Below are positions 57,961 to 64,000 of a DNA stretch of 64,000 nt, one piece after another (positions within the stretch are counted from its first letter, which is position 1; each line of letters begins with the position of its first letter). The notes under the pieces are model-generated. The model made no database searches. It saw only the letters and a program-made list of their open reading frames with translations, and was not told the DNA's origin. The DNA is taken from positions 65,113 to 129,112 of the forward strand of contig CAZELK010000002.1 of assembly GCA_964513145.1 (NCBI GenBank), in the 5' to 3' direction. This stretch comes from Candidatus Woesearchaeota archaeon. Its GTDB lineage: Archaea > Nanobdellota > Nanobdellia > SCGC-AAA011-G17 > JACPIM01. The position numbers were made by a program, and so were the translations under genes.

Positions 57961-58677
57961 ATGAAAAGTATAAACTTAATAAAAGAACTACAAAAATATC
58001 CAATATTTAATTTAAAAATAATCAGGGATATTCTAAAAAAGAATGGAAATTACACAAAAATAGTTGTTTACAGGCTTAAAAAGAACGGGCTTATATTTGA
58101 AGTAGAAAAAGACAAGTATAGTGTCAACGAAAATGCCTTGATTGCGGCAAGTTTTATCACTTGGCCTTCTTATGTTTCCGGGTGGGCTGGATTAAGATTC
58201 TATAATTTAACAGAACAATTGCCACAAACAATCAATGTTATTACAACGAGACAAAGAAAAAACAAAAAGGTCACGTTTAAAAACGTGAAAATAGAATTTA
58301 CAAAAATAAAACCAAGCTTGTTTTTTGGATATAAAAAAGAAAGGTATCTTGATTTTGACATTTTTTTAGGAGAGAAAGAAAAAATATTAATTGACTGCGC
58401 ATTATTTAAACTGATTTCTTTTTCAGAGATTCATGAAATAATATCATTGAATATTGAAGAGATTAACATAGACAAACTTATTGATTTTTTAAAACGAATA
58501 AAAAATAAAACTCTTATCAAGAGATTTGGATATTTGCTTGATAAATTAAATATAGACAAACATAATATCTTAAAAAAATTTGTTGATCCTAAATATGTGA
58601 TTTTAGATTATTTTCTGCCAAATAAAGGCTTAAAAAATAAAAAATGGAAGGTTATTGAAAATGCAAAACTTGAATGA
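57961..58677 (+). CDS. AbiEi-like type IV TA antitoxin
   Basis: N-terminal wHTH; PSYVSGWAGLRFYNLTEQLP; EKILID. Confidence 0.8.
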   Translation: MKSINLIKELQKYPIFNLKIIRDILKKNGNYTKIVVYRLKKNGLIFEVEKDKYSVNENALIAASFITWPSYVSGWAGLRFYNLTEQLPQTINVITTRQRKNKKVTFKNVKIEFTKIKPSLFFGYKKERYLDFDIFLGEKEKILIDCALFKLISFSEIHEIISLNIEEINIDKLIDFLKRIKNKTLIKRFGYLLDKLNIDKHNILKKFVDPKYVILDYFLPNKGLKNKKWKVIENAKLE

Positions 58678-59428
58678 ATTAAATGAAATTGCAAAATTGA
58701 AAAATTTATCCCCGATAAATGCAGAAAAAGATTATTTGCAGGATTTAATTTTATTTAGCATTTATGGCAAATTAGGCAGAGAACTGGTTTTTAAGGGTGG
58801 CACGTGCTTATACAAAATTTACAAATTAAACAGATTTTCTGAAGACTTAGACTTTACACTTAATCAAAATATAGATATTGAAAAACTTGGAAGCCAAATA
58901 ATTTCAAATTTAAGCTTGTTAAATATAAAATCCAAAATAAAGGAAATAAAAGATTATAGAAATGAAACTAACATCAAGTTATTAATAAACGGTCCGATGT
59001 ACAATGGCAGCAAGGAAACCCAGTGCTTTATACCCCTGAATATCAGCAAAAAAGAAAAGATTATTGAGGAGCCCAATAAATCAAATATATTTTCCTTTTA
59101 CAATGAAATTCCAAATTTTCAAATCTTTTCCATGAAGGAAGAAGAGATTTTAGCTGAAAAGATCAGAGCTATATTTACAAGAATGAAAGCAAGAGATATT
59201 TATGATGCGTGGTTTTTGCTTAAAATAAAAAAAATTAATTTTGATTCTGAACTGGTAAATAAAAAATTAGAGTTATATTCATTAAAATTTGATAAAAAGA
59301 TTTTAATTGGGAGAATCAACAGCATGAGTAAACTCTGGTCAGCAGATCTGAAAAATTTGATTTTTAATGAATTACCTGATTTTGAAATTGTAAAAAAAGA
59401 AATATTCAGCATTTTCAGCAAGATTTAA
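58661..59428 (+). CDS. AbiEii-family nucleotidyltransferase toxin
   Basis: AEKDYLQ, VFKGGT, RFSEDLDF, AEKIRA, RDIYD. Confidence 0.9.
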   Translation: MQNLNELNEIAKLKNLSPINAEKDYLQDLILFSIYGKLGRELVFKGGTCLYKIYKLNRFSEDLDFTLNQNIDIEKLGSQIISNLSLLNIKSKIKEIKDYRNETNIKLLINGPMYNGSKETQCFIPLNISKKEKIIEEPNKSNIFSFYNEIPNFQIFSMKEEEILAEKIRAIFTRMKARDIYDAWFLLKIKKINFDSELVNKKLELYSLKFDKKILIGRINSMSKLWSADLKNLIFNELPDFEIVKKEIFSIFSKI

Positions 59429-59488
59429 CAAAACTTAATATTTATATAGATAATATTTTTAATAAATAGCATAGGAACTGTTTTAAGA

Positions 59489-59550
59489 AAAGCCTTTAGA
59501 ATATTTGAAAGCTTAAGCAAAATAACTTTTTAAATAAAAAGTTGACAAAA
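59489..59550 (+). repeat. Two degenerate hairpin-tail elements between abiEii and Cys-rich paralog 3
   Basis: AAAGCCTTT..GAAAGCTTAAGCAAAA and AACTTTTTAAATAAAAAGTTGACAAAA. Confidence 0.6.
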
Positions 59551-59593
59551 ACTATAAAAATAATTTACTGAAAAATTTAATATTAAAAAAGAG

Positions 59594-62500
59594 ATGGAAT
59601 TTAGATTTATTAAAGAAAAAGCATGGTTTATGGCGTTTATTTTAATTTGTTCTACAATTTATTTTGGATTGAACTTTCAAGATGTAGAAGCGCAGCAAAG
59701 AAGAAGCTCTTCTAGTTCTGCAGGACAAAAAGCGTGCTGTGAAGTTACAAAGTCAGGAGATTCCTGTGTTTATACAGAAAAAAATGAATGCAATACTAAT
59801 TTTAAGACTTCTTTAACAACTTGTGAGAATACAAATTATTGCAGTTTGGGAACCTGCATTTATGACAAAGAGGGAGAATGTTTTAGCAATACTCCAAAAT
59901 CTTTGTGCGAAAAAAATAATGGAGTCTGGAGCAGTGAATTTATTGAAGAAATTCCACAATGCAAAAGAGGTTGCTGCCAGATAAGCAATCAATGCAGTTT
60001 TGTTACACAAACAAAATGCAAGGCAGAGACTTCGAAATTTCCATTTGTCAATACTATTTTTGACAAGAATATAGACAATGAAGTACAGTGCATAGATAAA
60101 TGCAGGAGTGAAGAAAAAGGGGCTTGTGTTTCTGAAGATGGAAGCTGTGTATTTGCAACAAGAACATCATGTATAGAAAAAGGCGATGATGATACTGCAA
60201 GCCTGAATAAAACTATTTTGAAAACTGGTTTTCATCCAAATGTACTTTGCAGCAATCCTTTACTTGGAAGTAATTGTGCAAGACAACAAAAAACCGGATG
60301 CTTTGATGAAAAAGTTTACTGGTTGGATTCATGCGGAAATCCTGAAAATGTTTATGACAGCAATAAAGATTCTTCTTATAATAAGGGTTTTATTTTATCT
60401 TCAGACAAAAGCTGCAAATTGAATGGAGCAAATGATCCAAATTGCGGAAACTGCAATTATGCACAAGGAAATTTATGCGGCAAATCTCCTTCAAATGTTG
60501 ACATGAAATTTGGAGATTATAGCTGCAATGATTTAAGCTGCAAAACAACGACTGAAAATATTGCAAGCCCAGATTCCAAAGGAGAAAAAGAAACTGGAGA
60601 AAGCTGGTGCTTATATGATGCAAGAGTTGGTTTTGGACAGGATGTTGTTGGAAGCAGACATTACAGGTCTTTATGTTTAAATGGAGAAGAAGTTATTGAA
60701 CCTTGCAAAGATTACAGGGAGGAAATCTGTATTCAAGGAACTTCTGGGGCAATAAATAATTTTAATTTAGGACAAGCTTTTAATGTTGGTGACGGCTACT
60801 TGGAAGCTGCATGTAGGACTAACAGATATAAAGAATGTAATTCCTGCAATCAAATTGGTGGTGAGTGTGGTGGGGTGTGCAATAATTTACAAGGTGCTGA
60901 AAAAGTAGCTTGCTGCAGACAAACCTGCTGTAATAATATTGAAAATAAAGACTGTTATTATGTTCCTGCTGGAATAACTGATTTTGGCGGAATGTGTGTT
61001 CCTACAGTTCCTCCTGGTTTAAGATTCTGGGAGACTGGTGAAAAAGGCGGTGGAAGCAAGGAAGGTACACAAACAGGGGCACAATCTGTTTGCAATGAAG
61101 GAAATGTTGCCTGTGATGTAAAATTTGTTCGCGGAGGAACTGCCAGAATTGGTATTGGGGGTTTGGGAACTGAAACAGACTGGACTTGCATAAAAAATTG
61201 CCATTGTCTGGAAAAAGAATGGGTAGTTGCTGCAGCAACACAGTGCAAGGCTCGAGGTGATTGCGGAGCCAAGTATAATATTAAAGGTGTTTTTAGTTCG
61301 GGAGGAATTAGCGAAGATACTGATTTTGTTTTAACACAAAAAGATTTTGAAGACTGGAGTACGATTTCAAGACAGAGCTTAAGAAAAGATGATCCAACAA
61401 ATTTAGGTGCTTTTTTTGAAAGAACCTGGCCAGCTTTTTTAATTATTTTTGGAACTGGATTAGCTGCTGGAATAATTAGTGCAGCAGTTCCAGGAGCTGT
61501 TGCTGGGACATTTGTTAGTGCTTTAGGTTCTGGTTTAACGTTAGCGCCAAAATCAGTTCTTTCTTTTTTTCCCAAGGTATCAAGCACTCCACAAAGTGTT
61601 TATGGCGAAGCTTTTAGATCTGCAAAACAATTAAGCTCTTTTGATTTACAAAGTTTGGGATATTCTCCGTCTGATGCTACAAGGTACGTAAGAGAAGGAG
61701 CAGAACTTGTTTATCAAAAGACTGGTTCTGAAGCGCAATGGGTTTTAAGAAATGCTAAAGGGCAGGTGTTTATAGATCCGGTTACTAAATCACCTGATAC
61801 TGTTCCAGATGCTAAGGTGGCTGAACTTGTAGATGTAAGCGGGGGTGCATTTGGAGACTTTGCTGTTGTAGCACTTGAAGTTATAACTATTTTAGCCTGG
61901 TTATATACTATATATAGTCTGACTGATATTTTGTTTAAGGAAAGTAAGACTGAAACTTTTAGTGTTACCTGCAATGCATGGGAAGCTCCAAAAGGAGGAG
62001 AAGACTGCGAGAAATGCAATGAAAAAGGAAAAACCTGCAGTGAGTATAGATGCAGAAGCTTAGGAAGATTATGCAGACTAATTAATGAAGGAACTGAAGA
62101 AGAAAAGTGTGTTGCACAAACACCTTTGGATGTAACTTCACCTATAATAAATGCTATTAAACCAAAGAATTTACAAATTGATGAAAAGAAAAATCAAGGA
62201 TATATTGTTACAACTTTAATTAAACCTTTTACACCAGTTGAATTAGGAATATCAACTGACGAACCAAGCAGATGCAAATTTGATACTAATATTTCTGTTA
62301 AATATGAGAACATGAGATTTGATTTTGGAGACAATTTATTCAGATACAATCATACAATGTTGTTTTCACTGCCATCTGAATTACAACAAGAACAGGCTTT
62401 GAAGTTAACTAATGGAGGAAAATATAATATTTATGCAAGATGCAAAGACAATAATGACAATGCAAACAATAAAGATTATTATATAAGATTTGAAATTGAC

Positions 62501-63382
62501 AAAGGTCCTGATTTAACTGCACCAAAAATTGAATTGACATCAATTAAAAACAATGGGTTTGTAAGCAGCGAGTTAAATGAATTGGGCTTGGATATTTTTG
62601 TAAATGAGCCCAGTGAATGCAAGTGGGATACTAAAGATGTAGACTTTGAATTAATGGGTCAGAGATTTATATGCCCAACTTCAGGGACACAAGTTACACC
62701 TATAAATCAAGGATTGTACAGATGTGGGGCTTTATTGAAAGAATTAAAGAAGGGAAAAAATACTTTTTACTTTAGATGCAAAGACAAGCCTACACAAACT
62801 AATGACAGAAATGTCAATAAGGAAGGATATAAATTTGATGTAACAAGAACAGAAAAATTGGTAATTAATAATATACAGCCAAGGGGAAGGGTATTTTTAT
62901 CAAATCCAAAAATTGTAGTCAAGACATCTAGCGGAGCTGAAAATGGGGTAAGTGTATGCGGCTTGAGCACAAATAAAAATGCTCAGATTTCAAATATACC
63001 TTTATTTTTGAATACAAATTCAACAGAACATGTACAACAATTGAGAAATTTAAGAAGGGGTGCTTATAATTATTATATTACTTGTGTTGACAAGGCTGGA
63101 AATATTGAAAAAGGAGATGTACAATTTGAAATTATATCTGATGCAACAACCCAGCCAGTAATAAGCCAGGTTTACAAGGATGTAAGCAACAATGTTTTGG
63201 TTGTCAGAACAAATGAAGATTCAAGCTGCCAATGGGACAACAAGCAGTTTAGTTTTGGAGACGGAATTGCAATGACAGATCCTAACACGAAGAGCCATCA
63301 GACTTTGTTATCCAACAATTATTACTTCATAATCTGCAAAGACATATTTAACAACGAAGAGACAGCAACAGTTTATCCATAA
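59594..63382 (+). CDS. Large Cys-rich exported protein, paralog 3 (1262 aa)
   Basis: Same architecture; central hydrophobic block split by an ~89 aa Cys-free insert. Confidence 0.85.
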   Translation: MEFRFIKEKAWFMAFILICSTIYFGLNFQDVEAQQRRSSSSSAGQKACCEVTKSGDSCVYTEKNECNTNFKTSLTTCENTNYCSLGTCIYDKEGECFSNTPKSLCEKNNGVWSSEFIEEIPQCKRGCCQISNQCSFVTQTKCKAETSKFPFVNTIFDKNIDNEVQCIDKCRSEEKGACVSEDGSCVFATRTSCIEKGDDDTASLNKTILKTGFHPNVLCSNPLLGSNCARQQKTGCFDEKVYWLDSCGNPENVYDSNKDSSYNKGFILSSDKSCKLNGANDPNCGNCNYAQGNLCGKSPSNVDMKFGDYSCNDLSCKTTTENIASPDSKGEKETGESWCLYDARVGFGQDVVGSRHYRSLCLNGEEVIEPCKDYREEICIQGTSGAINNFNLGQAFNVGDGYLEAACRTNRYKECNSCNQIGGECGGVCNNLQGAEKVACCRQTCCNNIENKDCYYVPAGITDFGGMCVPTVPPGLRFWETGEKGGGSKEGTQTGAQSVCNEGNVACDVKFVRGGTARIGIGGLGTETDWTCIKNCHCLEKEWVVAAATQCKARGDCGAKYNIKGVFSSGGISEDTDFVLTQKDFEDWSTISRQSLRKDDPTNLGAFFERTWPAFLIIFGTGLAAGIISAAVPGAVAGTFVSALGSGLTLAPKSVLSFFPKVSSTPQSVYGEAFRSAKQLSSFDLQSLGYSPSDATRYVREGAELVYQKTGSEAQWVLRNAKGQVFIDPVTKSPDTVPDAKVAELVDVSGGAFGDFAVVALEVITILAWLYTIYSLTDILFKESKTETFSVTCNAWEAPKGGEDCEKCNEKGKTCSEYRCRSLGRLCRLINEGTEEEKCVAQTPLDVTSPIINAIKPKNLQIDEKKNQGYIVTTLIKPFTPVELGISTDEPSRCKFDTNISVKYENMRFDFGDNLFRYNHTMLFSLPSELQQEQALKLTNGGKYNIYARCKDNNDNANNKDYYIRFEIDKGPDLTAPKIELTSIKNNGFVSSELNELGLDIFVNEPSECKWDTKDVDFELMGQRFICPTSGTQVTPINQGLYRCGALLKELKKGKNTFYFRCKDKPTQTNDRNVNKEGYKFDVTRTEKLVINNIQPRGRVFLSNPKIVVKTSSGAENGVSVCGLSTNKNAQISNIPLFLNTNSTEHVQQLRNLRRGAYNYYITCVDKAGNIEKGDVQFEIISDATTQPVISQVYKDVSNNVLVVRTNEDSSCQWDNKQFSFGDGIAMTDPNTKSHQTLLSNNYYFIICKDIFNNEETATVYP

Positions 63383-63444
63383 GGATTGTACCCTTACAAC
63401 CTGCTTGAGAAAAGCCTTAAAATAACTTTAGTAACTAATTATTT

Positions 63445-63625
63445 TTAAAATTTTCTCACTAAATCTTTGGTAGATTTTTTTCTTAAATTATAAATATCTT
63501 CTTTTATTTTTCTTGCTTCTTTATCACTAGTATTTTTCCAGGCACCAGCAAAATCCATAATGTTCTTATTCTTTTTTGTTTTTCTTCTTATTACACTAGA
63601 AAAACTTTCTCTTTTACGCTTATTT
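63445..63625 (-). pseudogene. Remnant of VapB-like/DUF217 RHH antitoxin (N-terminus replaced, no partner toxin)
   Basis: RESFSSVIRR...IMDFAGAW...EARKIKEDI pattern; upstream in-frame sequence does not resemble the family N-terminus. Confidence 0.5.
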
Positions 63626-63906
63626 TTATGAAAGCCGTACCCAGGAAAACCATGTTCTTCAGAACATGGATGAATTGGGGTATATTTTTTATTCTTAAAA
63701 ATTTCTGCAGTTAATCTCATGTCGGAAACTTTTCATAAATCCCGTAAGTCTTCCGAAGAAACCGAAAATCTTCCGAAAATCCTTTTAAAATATCTTTGAA
63801 CCACAATAACATTTAAATATCCTAGCTCTTTAATATCATTCACTGCTTCAGCAGTCTATCGCTGGACAAGCGAAAAGTGACGCCTGTTTGAGATAATGTA
63901 AGACCT

Positions 63907-63976
63907 GAACATTTTTGGAAAAAATCTTCACCAAAAAACAATGAAGAACATTTTTGGAAAAAATCTTCACCAAAAA
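63907..63976 (+). repeat. 31-bp direct repeat x2 (period 39), hairpin-tail variant
   Basis: GAACATTTTTGGAAAAAATCTTCACCAAAAA at 63907-63937 and 63946-63976. Confidence 0.85.
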
Positions 63977-64000
63977 CTATTAAGGCATGTGTCGTTGATT

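Noticed and set aside
8254-59550. Hairpin elements as simple intrinsic terminators
   Set aside because: They also occur inside tRNAs and RNase P RNA, between co-transcribed ribosomal genes and before start codons, and the tail is A-rich on the sense strand; not annotated as terminators
2381-62970. Numerous short antisense or nested ORFs in the ORF track (e.g. 11501-11896, 15578-15895, 60958-61587)
   Set aside because: Shadow frames of well-supported genes on the opposite strand or another frame; no motifs
47952-63382. Calling the Cys-rich proteins fusexin/HAP2 or RTX toxins
   Set aside because: No recognisable family motif; internal hydrophobic block and lack of a C-terminal TM do not fit HAP2 architecture; left as hypothesis pending structure prediction
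63626-63720. CSEEHGFPG resemblance to a creatininase motif in the 91 aa ORF
   Set aside because: Isolated short match coinciding with a DNA hairpin; no other family motifs
63907-63976. 31-bp direct repeats as a CRISPR array
   Set aside because: Only two copies with an 8-bp gap; no spacers of normal length and no cas genes in the window

Overview
AT-rich archaeal chromosome segment; gene content and protein style point to a DPANN lineage, most likely Woesearchaeota-like (inference). About 1-33 kb is mostly core machinery: RNAP subunits L/N/F, TFS, PCNA, aCPSF1-proteasome beta, CCA enzyme, aIF5B, RNase J, Mre11-Rad50, ribosomal proteins, RNase P RNA, and two tRNA genes (Gly-GCC, Val-TAC), each split by two introns. 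A ~7.7 kb accessory island separates rps11 from rpoD. About 43.5-64 kb is accessory: toxin-antitoxin modules (2x MNT-HEPN, AbiEi/AbiEii), two DUF4143 ATPases, a class-III signal peptide protein and three paralogous 1.0-1.3 kaa Cys-rich exported proteins with a hypervariable hydrophobic core. Two highlights: (1) a dispersed family of ~27-32 bp hairpin-plus-tail elements (TAAGCTTTT..AAAAGCTTA-AGCAAAA / TAAACTTTT..AAAAGTTTA-ATCAAAA) found at gene ends, overprinting the S4 and L13 C-termini, inside RNase P RNA and forming the body of three of four tRNA introns; (2) the polymorphic Cys-rich surface protein family. All calls come from motif reading and manual folding; no database searches were run.
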